In this document: one piece after another, positions 20,379 through 33,160 of the stretch
Layout of the letters: each line of letters opens with the position of its first letter
Position numbering within the stretch: the first letter of the stretch is position 1
NCBI GenBank assembly: GCA_035285585.1
Contig: JAYKGU010000107.1
Span: forward strand, 2,864 to 66,863
DNA length: 64,000 nt
DNA from: Synechococcales cyanobacterium
Lineage (GTDB): Bacteria; Cyanobacteriota; Cyanobacteriia; CAKZMO01
Direction of reading: 5' to 3'
Position numbers and translations under genes: made by a program
Notes under the pieces: model-generated
Seen by the model: only the letters and a program-made list of their open reading frames with translations
Database searches by the model: none
What the model was told of the DNA's origin: nothing

Positions 20379-21551
20379 TTAGTACTCGGGAACGGAAGCG
20401 TCAATTTCCCGGCTCCAGGCCTGAATTCCGCCTTTCACATTGGTGCCCTCAATGCCCGCCTCTTTGAGAATGGAGAGGGCACGGGCCGATCGCCCACCCA
20501 TTTTGCAGTGGGCAATCAGCCGATGGCCGTTGGTCAATTGCTTCACCTTCTCGATGCCTTCGCCGCTTTCGATTTCGGGGAGGGGCACCAGCACCGCACC
20601 GGGAATTTGGGCGATGTCGTACTCGTTGGGATTACGCACGTCCAGGAGCACAAAGTTGTCTGTGCCGCTATCCAGCAACTGCTTAAGTTCCTGGACGGTC
20701 ATCTCGGAAAGGGCGGACTGCTGGGCATCCTCCGCCGCTTTAGCCTGGGGAATGCCGCAGAACTGCTCGTAGTCGATCAGGGTTTCGATGACGGGACGGA
20801 TGGGGTTGGGCCGCAGCTTCAGCTCCCGGAACTTCATGTTCAGCGCGTCGAACAGCAGCAGCCGACCATTGAGCGTAGTGCCCTGACCGATGATAATCTT
20901 AATCGTTTCGGTGGCCTGGATCGTGCCGATGATGCCAGGGAGAACGCCGAGGACGCCGCCCTCAGCGCAGGAGGGAACCAGTCCGGGCGGTGGCGGTTCG
21001 GGGTAGAGGTCGCGGTAGTTGGGGCCGTCCTGGTAGTTGAAAACGGTGGCCTGCCCTTCGAACCGGAAGATGGAGCCGTAGACGTTGGGCTTGTTGAGCA
21101 AGACGCAGGCATCGTTGACCAGATAGCGGGTGGGGAAGTTGTCGGTGCCATCCACCACGATGTCGTAGTCTTTGAGGATGTCCAGCGCGTTTTCGGAACT
21201 CAGGCGGATTTCAAAGAGATCAACCTGGCAGAGGGGGTTGATTTCTTGAATGCGATTTTTGGCGGAGTGAATTTTGGGCTTACCCACCCAGGAGGTGCCG
21301 TGGATAATTTGGCGCTGTAGATTGGAGCGATCGACCACGTCAAAGTCAACAATGCCGATGCGCCCCACCCCGGCGGCAGCCAGGTAGAGCAAAAGGGGAG
21401 ATCCCAGGCCGCCCGTGCCGATGCAGAGCACGCTGGCTGCTTTCAGGCGCTTCTGCCCATCTAGCCCAACCTCTGGAAGGATCAGATGCCGGGAAAAGCG
21501 CTCGTATTCTTCACGGGAAAGCTGGATGTCATCCAGGTTTGGATTCAACAT
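20379..21551 (-). CDS. moeB: Adenylyltransferase/sulfurtransferase MoeB-rhodanese (MoeZ/MoeBR)
   Basis: SRHLILPEVG, GTGGLGS, SNLQRQ, DGTDNFPTRY, C-terminal rhodanese HCKMGGRS. Confidence 0.93.
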   Translation of the reverse strand: MLNPNLDDIQLSREEYERFSRHLILPEVGLDGQKRLKAASVLCIGTGGLGSPLLLYLAAAGVGRIGIVDFDVVDRSNLQRQIIHGTSWVGKPKIHSAKNRIQEINPLCQVDLFEIRLSSENALDILKDYDIVVDGTDNFPTRYLVNDACVLLNKPNVYGSIFRFEGQATVFNYQDGPNYRDLYPEPPPPGLVPSCAEGGVLGVLPGIIGTIQATETIKIIIGQGTTLNGRLLLFDALNMKFRELKLRPNPIRPVIETLIDYEQFCGIPQAKAAEDAQQSALSEMTVQELKQLLDSGTDNFVLLDVRNPNEYDIAQIPGAVLVPLPEIESGEGIEKVKQLTNGHRLIAHCKMGGRSARALSILKEAGIEGTNVKGGIQAWSREIDASVPEY

Positions 21552-21575
21552 GGTGGCGGTGGTAAAGCGAGTGAG

Positions 21576-22118
21576 TCAGATAGGGGCGGAGGGGGCGAGC
21601 AAGCGAAACCCTTCCGGTTGAAACTGATGATGTTCATCAAGAGTCCAGCATAGGACATCTTGGGCAGAACCGTGGCGTACGGCAACAATGATATAAGAAT
21701 ACTCACTCCAGACGCAGGCGCGATCGCACTCTGAGGGAATCGCCAAGTGGTCGGGGTGGGAGTGGTAGACGCCGATAATATTGAGCTGGCGATCGCGCCC
21801 CCATCGCTGGGCCGTTAGCATTTCTTTGGGATCAATCCAGTAGCGATCGGCTTTGCTGTGGGGTGAGGCTTCGGTGGTCGGCGTCAGACTTTGGAGGGTA
21901 GCGGCAGCTTCCTCATTCCAGGCGTTAGTGCTTTCCCAAATCTCAACGACCGTTTTCCCTGGGCTGAACCGGGGGGAAGGGGGCTGGCTCGCCTGGGTGG
22001 AGATGGTATCGCCGGTCGGCATCCGGCCCAGCAGCAATCCGCAGCACTCTTGAGGATAGGTGCGTTCCGCATGGGCGGCAATCTGCCGGAGGTGATGGGG
22101 GTGAAGGTTCAGAACCAC
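21576..22118 (-). CDS. JAB/Mov34 (M67) metallopeptidase, Mec-like
   Basis: YPQECCGLLLG and JAMM motif GVYHSHPDHLAIPSECD. Confidence 0.9.
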   Translation of the reverse strand: MVLNLHPHHLRQIAAHAERTYPQECCGLLLGRMPTGDTISTQASQPPSPRFSPGKTVVEIWESTNAWNEEAAATLQSLTPTTEASPHSKADRYWIDPKEMLTAQRWGRDRQLNIIGVYHSHPDHLAIPSECDRACVWSEYSYIIVAVRHGSAQDVLCWTLDEHHQFQPEGFRLLAPSAPI

Positions 22119-22144
22119 AATTGAAATAAAAATTTCAGGTTAAA

Positions 22145-22879
22145 TCACCGGTTCAGGTGGCGGGTGCCCAGATACAGTTCCCCGACTTTAGGATCATTGA
22201 GCAGGGAGGGGCCGGGGCCTTCGAAGCGATCGCGCCCCGTATCCAGCACGTATCCCCGGTCGGCAATGGCCAGGGCACGACGGGCATTTTGCTCCACCAG
22301 CACAATGGCGGTGCCAGCCTCGTGGATGCGCTGAATCTGCTCCAGGGTGCTGTTGACCAGCACAGGAGACAGGGCCGCCGAGGGTTCGTCCAGCAGCAGC
22401 AAATCAGGCTTGAGCATGAGGGCACGGCCCATGGCCAGCATCTGCCGCTCTCCACCAGAGAGGGTACCAGCCGCCTGTCGCCGCCGCTCTGCCAGAACGG
22501 GAAACATGTCGAAAATCTGCTGCTTCAGGGGCTTCAGGGGGGAGGATTCAATGAATGCCCCCATCTCCAGATTCTCTTCAACGCTGAGGGAGGAAAAAAC
22601 ATTGGCGATCTGGGGAACGTAGCACATCCCCCGCTGCACAATCTGGTTGGGACGCAGACCGGCAATGCTTTCCCCTTTGAACTGAATATCGCCCTGGTGG
22701 GGCGTGAGCAAACCAAAAATAGCTTTGGCCAGGGTTGACTTGCCTGCGCCGTTGGGGCCAATCACCGCCACCAGTTCCCCAGGGTAGACGGCGAAGTTAA
22801 TACCCTGGAGAATGTCAAGGCCAGGAACGTAACCGGCATAAACCTGGTGAACGTGCAGCAGCGGCTCGGCGGTGGTCAT
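22145..22879 (-). CDS. Branched-chain/neutral amino acid ABC transporter ATPase (LivF/NatE-like)
   Basis: GPNGAGKST, LSGGERQMLAMGRAL, LLLLDEPS, LVEQNA. Confidence 0.9.
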   Translation of the reverse strand: MTTAEPLLHVHQVYAGYVPGLDILQGINFAVYPGELVAVIGPNGAGKSTLAKAIFGLLTPHQGDIQFKGESIAGLRPNQIVQRGMCYVPQIANVFSSLSVEENLEMGAFIESSPLKPLKQQIFDMFPVLAERRRQAAGTLSGGERQMLAMGRALMLKPDLLLLDEPSAALSPVLVNSTLEQIQRIHEAGTAIVLVEQNARRALAIADRGYVLDTGRDRFEGPGPSLLNDPKVGELYLGTRHLNR

Positions 22880-22890
22880 CGGTTGGGGTA

Positions 22891-23115
22891 CTAGGGCGTT
22901 TTTTGTAGGTCTGGGCGTTCTTCGGGAACGATCGCCCCTTCTACTGGGCAAACCTGGAGACAGATGCCGCAGTCAATGCAGGTGGCAAAATCGATCCAGT
23001 ACCAGTCGGTTCCTTTCGCGTTTTTGCCGAGGCCTTCATGGATACAGGCAACCGGGCAGGCGTCCACGCAGTCGGCAACGCCTTCGCAGGTATTCGTGAC
23101 AATGGTGTGGGGCAC
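22891..23115 (-). CDS. Bacterial-type dicluster (probably 7Fe) ferredoxin
   Basis: CEGVADCVDACPVACI and CIDCGICLQVCP; GTG start. Confidence 0.9.
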   Translation of the reverse strand: MPHTIVTNTCEGVADCVDACPVACIHEGLGKNAKGTDWYWIDFATCIDCGICLQVCPVEGAIVPEERPDLQKTP

Positions 23116-23177
23116 GGGTCTGACTCTGAAATTTCTTGACGACAGGCAAAGTTGAAGAAACGTTAAGCGTTCCCCCT

Positions 23178-24278
23178 CTAGACTAGCAGGTTCGACTTCC
23201 CTAAGGCGTTCAGCAGAGACTCGCCCATGGCTTTGCAGCCCAGCAGGTTCATACCGGGGGACATGATATCGCCTGTGCGATCGCCCTGATTCAGCACCGC
23301 TTCTACGGCAGCCTCAATGCGATCGGCAGCTTCTGGCTCGTCCAGACCATAGCGCAGCATCATGGCCGCACTGAGCACCTGGGCGATGGGGTTGGCCTTG
23401 TCCTGGCCCGCAATGTCAGGGGCCGAACCGTGAACCGGCTCAAACACCCCCGGCCCATCTGCCCCCAGGCTAGCCGAGGGCAGCATTCCAATACTGCCCG
23501 TAAGCATGGCGGCGGCGTCCGAGAGAATATCGCCAAACAGGTTGCCCGTAACGATGGTGTCAAACTGCTTGGGGTAGCGCACCAACTGCATGGCGGCATT
23601 GTCTACATAGAGGTGGGACAGCTCCACATCGGGGTAATCCGCGGCGAGGTGGGTGATGCGATCGCGCCAGAGCTGAGACACATCCAGCACATTGGCTTTA
23701 TCAACGGAGCAGAGCTGGCGGCGGCGCTTTTGGGCGGTTTCAAAGGCCACCCGGCCAATGCGGTCAATTTCAGTAGCGGTGTAGGCCATTGTGTTGACCC
23801 CCCGCTGTTCGCCGGTTTCAGTGGTGAAAATGCCTTTGGGCTGGCCAAAGTAAATGCCCCCTGTGAGTTCTCGCACCACCATGATGTCGACCCCTTCTAC
23901 GATCTCGCGCTTGAGGGTGGAGGCGTCGATGAGCTGGGGCAGAATTTTGGCAGGACGGAGGTTGGCAAAGAGCTGGAGGCCCGCCCGCAGACCCAGCAGC
24001 CCCCGCTCAGGCCGCAGGTGGTTGGGCAAACTGTCCCACTTGGGGCCACCGATGGCCGCCAGCAAGACAGCATCACTGGCGCGGCACTGGGCCAGGGTTT
24101 CGTCGGGGAGGGGATCACCCGTGGCGTCGATGGCCGAGCCGCCGATGGGGGCCGTTGGAAACTCGAACTGGAGGTCGAGCTGCCGCCCAACTTCCTGAAG
24201 GATGTCGACAGCCACCGCCATAATTTCGGGGCCAATGCCGTCACCGGGTAAAAGCGTAATGCGATAGGGCTTCGCCAT
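23178..24278 (-). CDS. leuB: 3-isopropylmalate dehydrogenase
   Basis: [54 protein letters not shown]. Confidence 0.97.
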   Translation of the reverse strand: MAKPYRITLLPGDGIGPEIMAVAVDILQEVGRQLDLQFEFPTAPIGGSAIDATGDPLPDETLAQCRASDAVLLAAIGGPKWDSLPNHLRPERGLLGLRAGLQLFANLRPAKILPQLIDASTLKREIVEGVDIMVVRELTGGIYFGQPKGIFTTETGEQRGVNTMAYTATEIDRIGRVAFETAQKRRRQLCSVDKANVLDVSQLWRDRITHLAADYPDVELSHLYVDNAAMQLVRYPKQFDTIVTGNLFGDILSDAAAMLTGSIGMLPSASLGADGPGVFEPVHGSAPDIAGQDKANPIAQVLSAAMMLRYGLDEPEAADRIEAAVEAVLNQGDRTGDIMSPGMNLLGCKAMGESLLNALGKSNLLV

Positions 24279-24416
24279 GCGGGTCTATGAAATGAACGGT
24301 TGAGATCAGGGACGGAGGAAATAAAGGAGGCTGGAAGCCCATTACCCCTCCAGGGTTGTGTATTGTATCTCAAAACGCGACCCCGCTGGCGGTTGGGGGG
24401 GCGATCGCCCGTCGTC

Positions 24417-24506
24417 TAAGTAGGTCAGCACAATGAAATTCTTGTTAGAAACACTGGGGGAGCGCCCCGGTTTTCTAACCTTCGTTTTTCAATGCAGTTC
24501 TACTTA
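24417..24506. mobile_element. MITE-like element family C
   Basis: taagtaggtcagcac...gcagttctactta, reverse complement of 19822-19926. Confidence 0.7.
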
Positions 24507-24535
24507 CTATTTATTTTGTGAGTAGAAATTAAACT

Positions 24536-24871
24536 CTATAATCGATCCAGGGGAGATTCTTTCTGCATGAATTCGATGCGCGGCAGGAGCGGATCCCGTA
24601 CCATGCCCACCCCGGCAAACCCCCAGCGCTGCATCAGCCCAGAAAGCTGAGTACCAGTGGCCGACTCGACCGCAAACTGATGGGCCAGGTCGCGGCCATG
24701 GGTATTGAGATAGCTCAGGGCATCAGCGTGGTCTGTAAACAGCAGCAAAAACGCGGAATTTTGGGCTGGAGGAGGGTGATCTGGGCTGGTAGGTGTCGGC
24801 GGATGGGGATGGGCGACAAGATGACGGCCATCCTGGCGCGACCGAATCAGGTAGTAAATTTGGGAGAGCAT
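24536..24871 (-). CDS. Conserved cyanobacterial hypothetical protein
   Basis: MLSQIYYLIRSRQDG..FLLLF..ALSYLNTH..RWGFAGVGMVRDPLLPRIEF; coherent ATG-started ORF. Confidence 0.75.
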   Translation of the reverse strand: MLSQIYYLIRSRQDGRHLVAHPHPPTPTSPDHPPPAQNSAFLLLFTDHADALSYLNTHGRDLAHQFAVESATGTQLSGLMQRWGFAGVGMVRDPLLPRIEFMQKESPLDRL

Positions 24872-24941
24872 GACTGTGCCAAAAAACCGACCGGGAAAAC
24901 CCGTTCACCTATCTTAGACGAATCATTTGTACCCAACGGCC

Positions 24942-25024
24942 GGGTTCCCGCTTTAAGTGGGACAAAATTAACGGGACAGTGGGGCGCAGTGCGCCCCACT
25001 GTCCCACCTTAAGTTGACACCCCC
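24942..25024. mobile_element. Short dispersed repeat family A
   Basis: gggttcccgctttaagtgggacaaaattaacgggacagtggggcgc..gcgccccactgtcccaccttaagttgacaccc, nearly identical to 55895-55976. Confidence 0.8.
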
Positions 25025-25200
25025 CAACGGCCCTTCAAGACGCTTTAAGGAGAATAGGACTGACGCACTGCGTGCGGCGTCCTGGAGTTCTGGGTAGTTT
25101 TGTGAGCGCGCAGCACCCATCAAGATCACCAAACTGCGCAAGTCCGAAAAGAGTTTAATTGATTTTGCTGAAATAACTCGTGCTGATTGTATCAATCTGA

Positions 25201-27275
<2,075 letters not shown>

Positions 27276-27286
27276 TACGGTTTTGT

Positions 27287-27643
27287 CTAGCTGCCTAACT
27301 TGAATGCTTCAACGAATAACCCGTAGATCAGGCCCAGCTTGGTAGCATTTAGCATCTCCAGGATCAGCGGGCGTCGTCCCGTCACCTTACCTCGGCTGGG
27401 TTCCTGAAATCGTCCGCTATAGATTAACCAGCTACTCAACTCGATGAAAGACAGCAGAAGCAACGCAACCAGGACGTCCCAGTCGGCATTTTGCCCGGTA
27501 ACGGTAGCTATCACCGTGGCAGCAAAGTTGCCAAACAACAGACTAATGATAATCAGCGAGATGCGCCGCCAGGGGTTATTGAGCCACAGGTTAAGCCACT
27601 GCAAGGTCGCATCGAGCAGGCTGTTTAGTCGAGTATTTTGCAT
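27287..27643 (-). CDS. ycf20: DUF565/Ycf20 family membrane protein
   Basis: MQNTRL, NPWRRISL..LLFGNF, C-terminal KLGLIYGLFVEAFKLGS. Confidence 0.9.
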   Translation of the reverse strand: MQNTRLNSLLDATLQWLNLWLNNPWRRISLIIISLLFGNFAATVIATVTGQNADWDVLVALLLLSFIELSSWLIYSGRFQEPSRGKVTGRRPLILEMLNATKLGLIYGLFVEAFKLGS

Positions 27644-27906
27644 GGTTCGTCCTGCTGCATTGATTTTTTCCTTTTCAGGAGGTTTGGTTGCAAGGGCTGC
27701 TGATCTGTCATCCAGCTTGCTATGGGCCGATGAAAGCTCCGGGGCGGCCTTAAAACCTGCCAGCCAAAGTATCTTATTTTAGCCAATTCATCTAGCCAAT
27801 TCACCCATATCCACATGTTTTGGGGCGATCGCCATACGCATCGCCTCCACACTTCTAGCCAAACACAGCCGCACTTGAGCAGCGTGGTGCAAACCAGGGG
27901 GAACCA

Positions 27907-28620
27907 TTGTCAGACAAAGATTTACAGCACAAGCCCAGCTCCCAACTTGGTAGCGTTGGATCCAACCCAGTTTTTTGGGGCATTCTAGGCGGTTTTTTAG
28001 GGCTTGGAGTGCTGCTCCTGCTCCTGTTTCAGTCGCTGGAAGTGGTGGTTCAGCCCCCCTCCCCCACCTCAGAGGACACCGTTTCTCTACCGCCACCGGT
28101 GGAGCCAGTCACCCCACCCCGCGACTCGGCTGAAACGCCCACCACTTCCCCTGAACCTGACACCAACTCGTCGGAGACGGCACCACCCATCGCTGCTAAC
28201 CCCGACGCCACAGAGACGAGCGTTCCCGCGAATGACCAGCGGGGCACCCTGCGGGTTAGCAATCAGACCCTGCATCCCATTCGGGTGGCGTTGCTGCCCC
28301 AGTTGGGGATGGCTACTGACGAAAATGGCACCGGGGCGATCGCCTCAGACCTGGTTGGGCTGCCTTTGCCCGATGCCTATCGGGAGCCGGTTCACTGGGA
28401 CTTTGCTCCCAATGAAGGGGAGGTAAGCGGTCTCATTCTCTCCCTGCCAGACGGAGGGCTGGAGGTGCAAACGGGGGACATCATCGCCGCCTTTGCCGAA
28501 GACGGATCCCGCCGCTATTGGGGGCCTTACGTGGTGGGGGTGACGCCCCTACCTACCTGGAATGGAGAAACGGCGGAGTGGGAGCTACCGTTGCGATCGC
28601 CCCAGCCCGACTCTCCCTAA
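27907..28620 (+). CDS. Membrane-anchored hypothetical protein
   Basis: N-terminal TM, Pro/Thr/Ser linker, then GTLRVSNQT..P.HWDFAP.EG..AFAEDGSRRYWGPYVVG domain. Confidence 0.7.
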   Translation: MSDKDLQHKPSSQLGSVGSNPVFWGILGGFLGLGVLLLLLFQSLEVVVQPPSPTSEDTVSLPPPVEPVTPPRDSAETPTTSPEPDTNSSETAPPIAANPDATETSVPANDQRGTLRVSNQTLHPIRVALLPQLGMATDENGTGAIASDLVGLPLPDAYREPVHWDFAPNEGEVSGLILSLPDGGLEVQTGDIIAAFAEDGSRRYWGPYVVGVTPLPTWNGETAEWELPLRSPQPDSP

Positions 28621-28811
28621 GGGACATGAAGTTAATAGAGCGCAATTCTTGGTTAGGGGCATGGCAATGCCCTGACGGGGGGATGATTGATTAGGTTATT
28701 TAATCTATGACCCTAACCGGGCGATTTGAAATCCTGGGGTTTGCGGGTAAAGTGGTGGATTGAAAAGCTGCCCTGTCTATTCAGGGCCATCCGCCACCAG
28801 AGCCAATCGCC

Positions 28812-30608
28812 ATGATCCCGAATTTGCCCTCTCCACCGTCCATGCGCCCACGGGGGCTACTGCCGTTCCTGCAAAAACAGTCCCGCTGGGCCTGGATTGC
28901 CTGGATTGCCTGGGTGGGGCTGGTGGGGGCGATCGCCTTTCTCTGGCACCTGGGCAGCGTGGGACTGGTGGACGAAACCGAGCCGCTATTTGCTGAGGCA
29001 GCCCGCCAGATGACCGTCACGGGCGACTGGATCACCCCGTACTTCAATGGCGCGACCCGGTTCGACAAGCCGCCGCTCATTTACTGGCTGATGGCGATCG
29101 CCTACCACACCATCGGCGTTAACGCATGGGCTGCCCGCCTGCCCTCCGCCCTGTCGGCGATCGCCCTCACCGCCCTGGTGGGCTATACGCTCCAGCGGTT
29201 CGGTCATGCCCGATGGGAGTTGCCGTCTGCCGAAAATAACCTGCTCCAGCGCTGGGGGGCGGCCTGGATTGGCAGTGGGGCGATCGCCCTCAACCTGCAG
29301 ATGATCGTCTGGGGGCGCACCGGCGTGTCCGATATGCTGCTGACTGCCTGCATCGGCATTGCCCTTTTGACGTTCTTCTGCGGCTATGCCCAACCTGACC
29401 TCCCCAGGCGGCAGGCCCGCTGGTATCTGGCCTTTTACCTCTTCTGTGCCCTGGCTGTCCTGGCGAAAGGCCCGGTGGGAATTGTGGTTCCAGGGGTAAT
29501 CGTGGTCGGGTTCACGGCCTGGGTCGGTACCCTGGGCACCCTTCTGCGGGAGATGCGGGTTCTCCAGGGGAGCCTGCTGTTTTTGGGGATCACGCTCCCG
29601 TGGTATCTGCTGGTGATCCAGGCCAACGGACAAGCCTACATCGACAGCTTTTTTGGCTACCACAACGTCGAGCGATTTACCAGCGTCGTCAACAACCATG
29701 CGGGGCCGTGGTACTTCTATTTTCCGGTGGTGTTGATGGGATTTCTGCCCTGGTCGGTGTATCTGCCCGTGGCGATCGCCCGTTTACAGGCATGGCGTTG
29801 GTCTCGATGGCAACGGCAACCGCGCGATCGCCAACTGGGACTATTTGCCACCATCTGGTTCCTGGTGATCTTCGGCTTCTTCACCGTCGCCGCCACCAAG
29901 CTGCCCAGCTACACGCTGCCCCTGCTGCCAGCGGCGGCCATTCTGGTGGCCCTGCTGTGGAGCGACCAGATGGTCTCGCCCCAGGCCGACCGAGGGTTGC
30001 AGATTAGCCACGGCTTTAACCTTCTGTTTCTGGCGATCCTGGCAGGCGGGGTGGCCCACAGCGCCAACTGGATTGGCAACGATCCCGCCATGCCCAACTT
30101 TCCCCAGGTAATGCGGGAATCGGGGGTACTCGTCTACGGGGGATGGGCCTGGGCGATCGCGGCCCTGCTGGGTCTGGCGCTCCTGATCCGGCGGCGGGGC
30201 CAGTGGCTGTGGAGCACCAACCTGGTGGGCTTTGTGGCGTTTCTGCTGCTGACTTTCATTCCCGCCATGGGCCTGATGGATAGCCAGCGACAGGCTCCCC
30301 TGCGGCAGCTTGCGGCGGTGATTACCGAAGTGCAACAGCCCAACGAACCCCTGGTGATGGTGGGGTTCCAGAAACCCAGCCTGGTGTTTTACGCCCAGCG
30401 TCCGGTGACCTACATTTATAGCCCAAACGAGGCGATCGCCCACCTGCGAAATTTACCCCCAGCAGCAATCCCTTCCCGTGAAGCCCTGATAGTAGGCCAT
30501 GAGGATGATCTGGCCGATTTAAAGGTGCGGCCCCAGCGGATTGAGGCGATCGCCGCTGCGCCTCCCTATGCTCTAGTGCGGGTGCGGTTAGGCGCGAGAA
30601 AGCAGTAA
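28812..30608 (+). CDS. ArnT/PMT-like glycosyltransferase (GT-C)
   Basis: GLVDETEPLFAEAARQM, RFDKPPLIYW, LAKGPVG, HNVERF, ATKLPSY. Confidence 0.9.
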   Translation: MIPNLPSPPSMRPRGLLPFLQKQSRWAWIAWIAWVGLVGAIAFLWHLGSVGLVDETEPLFAEAARQMTVTGDWITPYFNGATRFDKPPLIYWLMAIAYHTIGVNAWAARLPSALSAIALTALVGYTLQRFGHARWELPSAENNLLQRWGAAWIGSGAIALNLQMIVWGRTGVSDMLLTACIGIALLTFFCGYAQPDLPRRQARWYLAFYLFCALAVLAKGPVGIVVPGVIVVGFTAWVGTLGTLLREMRVLQGSLLFLGITLPWYLLVIQANGQAYIDSFFGYHNVERFTSVVNNHAGPWYFYFPVVLMGFLPWSVYLPVAIARLQAWRWSRWQRQPRDRQLGLFATIWFLVIFGFFTVAATKLPSYTLPLLPAAAILVALLWSDQMVSPQADRGLQISHGFNLLFLAILAGGVAHSANWIGNDPAMPNFPQVMRESGVLVYGGWAWAIAALLGLALLIRRRGQWLWSTNLVGFVAFLLLTFIPAMGLMDSQRQAPLRQLAAVITEVQQPNEPLVMVGFQKPSLVFYAQRPVTYIYSPNEAIAHLRNLPPAAIPSREALIVGHEDDLADLKVRPQRIEAIAAAPPYALVRVRLGARKQ

Positions 30609-30655
30609 GTTTTGGGTTTTGAATTGAGTTGCTTATGGAAAACTGGACTCGATAG

Positions 30656-30728
30656 GAATCCAGAATTCAGAATCCAGGAGTCAGAATTCAATAGGAATCC
30701 GGCTTCTGGTTCCTGACTCCTGAATACT
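30656..30728. repeat. Inverted heptamer arrays (CAGAATT/CAGGAGT versus ACTCCTG) between convergent genes
   Basis: cagaattcagaatccaggagtcagaatt...ttctggttcctgactcctgaat; same units as at 47317-47382, 55989-56040 and 57276-57346. Confidence 0.7.
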
Positions 30729-30752
30729 ATCCCTGGTGGGGACGGCGCTTGT

Positions 30753-31039
30753 TCAAAGCTTGTTCCAAAACTCGTCCAGGTTGATGGCTTCGACTTCGCT
30801 CTGAATGTTCTGAAAATAGTCGCTCCCGGTAATTTGGGCCACCTCCAGCGCTCGCTTCTTGTGGTCAACTCCCGCCGGAGCTGATTCGCCAAATCGGTCA
30901 CCGCCTTTTGCCCGTTGCGAAACGACAGGTAGCCGATCAATCCAACAACGCTGATGACCTGGGGCGTAAACACCAGGATGAGAATCAGCCGCAAAGGCAC
31001 CTGCCTCAGCCCACGTCGCCCACCTACCCATGTCGCCAT
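30753..31039 (-). pseudogene. Internally deleted Cache/HAMP-type signalling gene (N- and C-terminal remnants out of frame)
   Basis: Frame A: PLRLILILVF..VGLIGYLSFRNGQKAVTDLANQL; frame B: VDHKKRALEVAQITGSDYFQNIQ..DEFW-stop. Confidence 0.7.
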
Positions 31040-31090
31040 CCCCCTTAACCGATCCTCCTATCGAGCGACTCGATCTACCTCATTCAGCTT

Positions 31091-31127
31091 TTAATTTATC
31101 CCTCAAATATTAATTTATCCCTCAAAT
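31091..31127. repeat. 19-bp tandem duplication
   Basis: ttaatttatccctcaaata ttaatttatccctcaaat. Confidence 0.8.
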
Positions 31128-31167
31128 CCTGATATAGCTACCCATCTACCCACCTCCCCGCCTCCCT

Positions 31168-32214
31168 TCACCACTCATCCACCGACCGATCCCCATCCAA
31201 CCAGGCCGTCAGGTCGTGCTCCGCTGGGGCGCAGTTGAAGATGTGCAGCCCAAAGTCGCGGGACAGGTCTTCACAAACCTTAATCCCCCGGACGCTGTTG
31301 CCCTTCGCGTCCAGCAGGGGCGAGAACGTCCCGATCCCCAACTTTCCTGGCACCAGAGCGGTAATGCCGCCGCCCACGCCGCTCTTAGCGGGCATGCCCA
31401 CCCGGTAGGCCCATTCCCCGGAGTAGTCGTACATGCCGCAGGTCATCATTACGCTGATTACGTCCTGGACATAGTGCGCATCCAACGCCCGTTCCCCCGT
31501 GACGGGGTTGATCCCCTGGTTAGCCAGGGTGGCCGCCATCATCGCCAGGTCGCGGGCGGTCACCAGGATAGAGCACTGCTGAAAGTAGAGGTCGAGGGTT
31601 TCATCGATGCGATCGCTCACCATGCCAAAATTCAGCATCAGGTAGGCGATGGCGCGATTGCGGAAGCCAGTGGCCTTTTCCGACAGCGAGACGGGCATAT
31701 CAACGGTGTGGCTGCGTCCGGTGTAGCGGCGAAACATATCGAGCATGCGCTTGAGTCGCTCGGTGTTGCCGTTGCCCTCCACCAGGTCGGTGGTGGCGAT
31801 CGCCCCCGCATTGACCATGGGGTTATAGGGCCGATTGGTGGCCTCATCCAGCACGATGGAGTTAAACGCCTCCCCGGTTGGCTCGACCCCCACCTTAGTA
31901 TTGACATATTCTCGCCCGTGGTCTTCCAGGGCCAGCCCGTAGACAAAGGCTTTGGAGATGGATTGGATGGTGAACGGCTGGTCGCAGTCTCCCACCTCAA
32001 ACACGCGTCCGTCCATCGTGGTCACGCAAATGCCAAACCATTCAGACCTGGCCAGGGTCAGTTCGGGAATGTAGTCGGCGACAGCTCCCTCATTCAGGGA
32101 CTGGTAGGTTTCGTGCAGGTCAGACAAATAGCGGCGAAACGGCGACGCCACCGCCTGAATCGAACTCGCCAGGGAGGCCAAATCCTTTCTTTCAGTGTGT
32201 TCAGCCATAGACAA
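31168..32214 (-). CDS. glsA: Glutaminase A
   Basis: [18 protein letters not shown] (SxxK), [38 protein letters not shown]. Confidence 0.95.
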   Translation of the reverse strand: MSMAEHTERKDLASLASSIQAVASPFRRYLSDLHETYQSLNEGAVADYIPELTLARSEWFGICVTTMDGRVFEVGDCDQPFTIQSISKAFVYGLALEDHGREYVNTKVGVEPTGEAFNSIVLDEATNRPYNPMVNAGAIATTDLVEGNGNTERLKRMLDMFRRYTGRSHTVDMPVSLSEKATGFRNRAIAYLMLNFGMVSDRIDETLDLYFQQCSILVTARDLAMMAATLANQGINPVTGERALDAHYVQDVISVMMTCGMYDYSGEWAYRVGMPAKSGVGGGITALVPGKLGIGTFSPLLDAKGNSVRGIKVCEDLSRDFGLHIFNCAPAEHDLTAWLDGDRSVDEW

Positions 32215-32232
32215 ATACTCCTCATGGGGGCG

Positions 32233-33000
32233 CTAGTCGATCATCAACTGCTGCGCCACCCGGTTAAACTCCTGGGTAATGGGGCTGTCGGGGGTGGCAA
32301 CGCAAAAAACTCCCTCGCTGCCCAGCTTCAGAATCTCTTCAGACAGGGGGAAAATACCGGCAACGGGCACACCATAGGCGTCTTCCACCTTTTCCCGCAG
32401 GGCGTCGAAGTTGAGGCTGGGCAGGGCTTTATTGATGGCAATCAGCATGTTGCGCACCTTGAGCTGGCGGGCCACGTCAATGGTGACGGCGGTGCCCTGG
32501 TAATCCTGCTTGTCGGGGCGGAGGATGAGAATGAGGACGTGGGAAATGGCGATCGTCAAAAAGGTTTCCCTCGACAGCCCCGGATGGGTGTCGATAAACA
32601 AAAAGTCGAGCTGGAGTTCTTTAACCAGCCGCCGAAAGCCATCGTTCAGCAGCTTGACGTCATACCCATGCTGCAGAATGCGGGCGATGTGATCGGCGTT
32701 GAAGCTGGAGGGCACGAGAAATACCCGTCCTGGTTCCGGCAGGTTTAAATTGGCGCTTACATCATAGGCTGCCGCTTCGATGCTGCTCTCGCCCCAGAGA
32801 TAGCTATTGAGGGTTTTGTCGATCGCCTCTGGTTCCAGACAAAAAAGGTTGTGGATGCCGGGGGAGGGAATGTCCGTATCCACCACCCCTACCCGTTTAC
32901 CTTGCTTGGCGACCACCGTTGCCAGATTAGCAGTGAAGTTGGATTTGCCAGTTCCTCCCCGATAGGAGTGAACAGAGACGACTCTAGGCATAGACACCAT
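32233..33000 (-). CDS. MinD/ParA family ATPase (not canonical MinD)
   Basis: SVHSYRGGTGKS deviant Walker A, VDTDIPSPG, IDTHPGL, RPDKQDYQGT; no minC/minE adjacent. Confidence 0.85.
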   Translation of the reverse strand: MVSMPRVVSVHSYRGGTGKSNFTANLATVVAKQGKRVGVVDTDIPSPGIHNLFCLEPEAIDKTLNSYLWGESSIEAAAYDVSANLNLPEPGRVFLVPSSFNADHIARILQHGYDVKLLNDGFRRLVKELQLDFLFIDTHPGLSRETFLTIAISHVLILILRPDKQDYQGTAVTIDVARQLKVRNMLIAINKALPSLNFDALREKVEDAYGVPVAGIFPLSEEILKLGSEGVFCVATPDSPITQEFNRVAQQLMID

Positions 33001-33160
33001 ACCGTATCAGGATAGTTGCGGATGATTGACCGCTAGATGAGGGGAAAATGCGGCTAACGCAGAGTTATGTTAAGCTGCATCCGATGAAAATTTTGTGTCC
33101 GACGAGGCAGCAGTTGATCACCAATTAGGTTCAACCCCCAGGGGAGCAACAAGGAACACT

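Noticed and set aside
9250-24251. Long antisense ORFs (9250-10020, 20322-21320, 22157-22738, 23430-24251)
   Set aside because: Fully overlap well-supported genes (cupA, moeB, ABC ATPase, leuB) on the opposite strand; expected in GC-rich DNA
31216-32748. 510-aa plus-strand ORF
   Set aside because: Antisense shadow of glsA and the minD-like gene; no recognisable motifs
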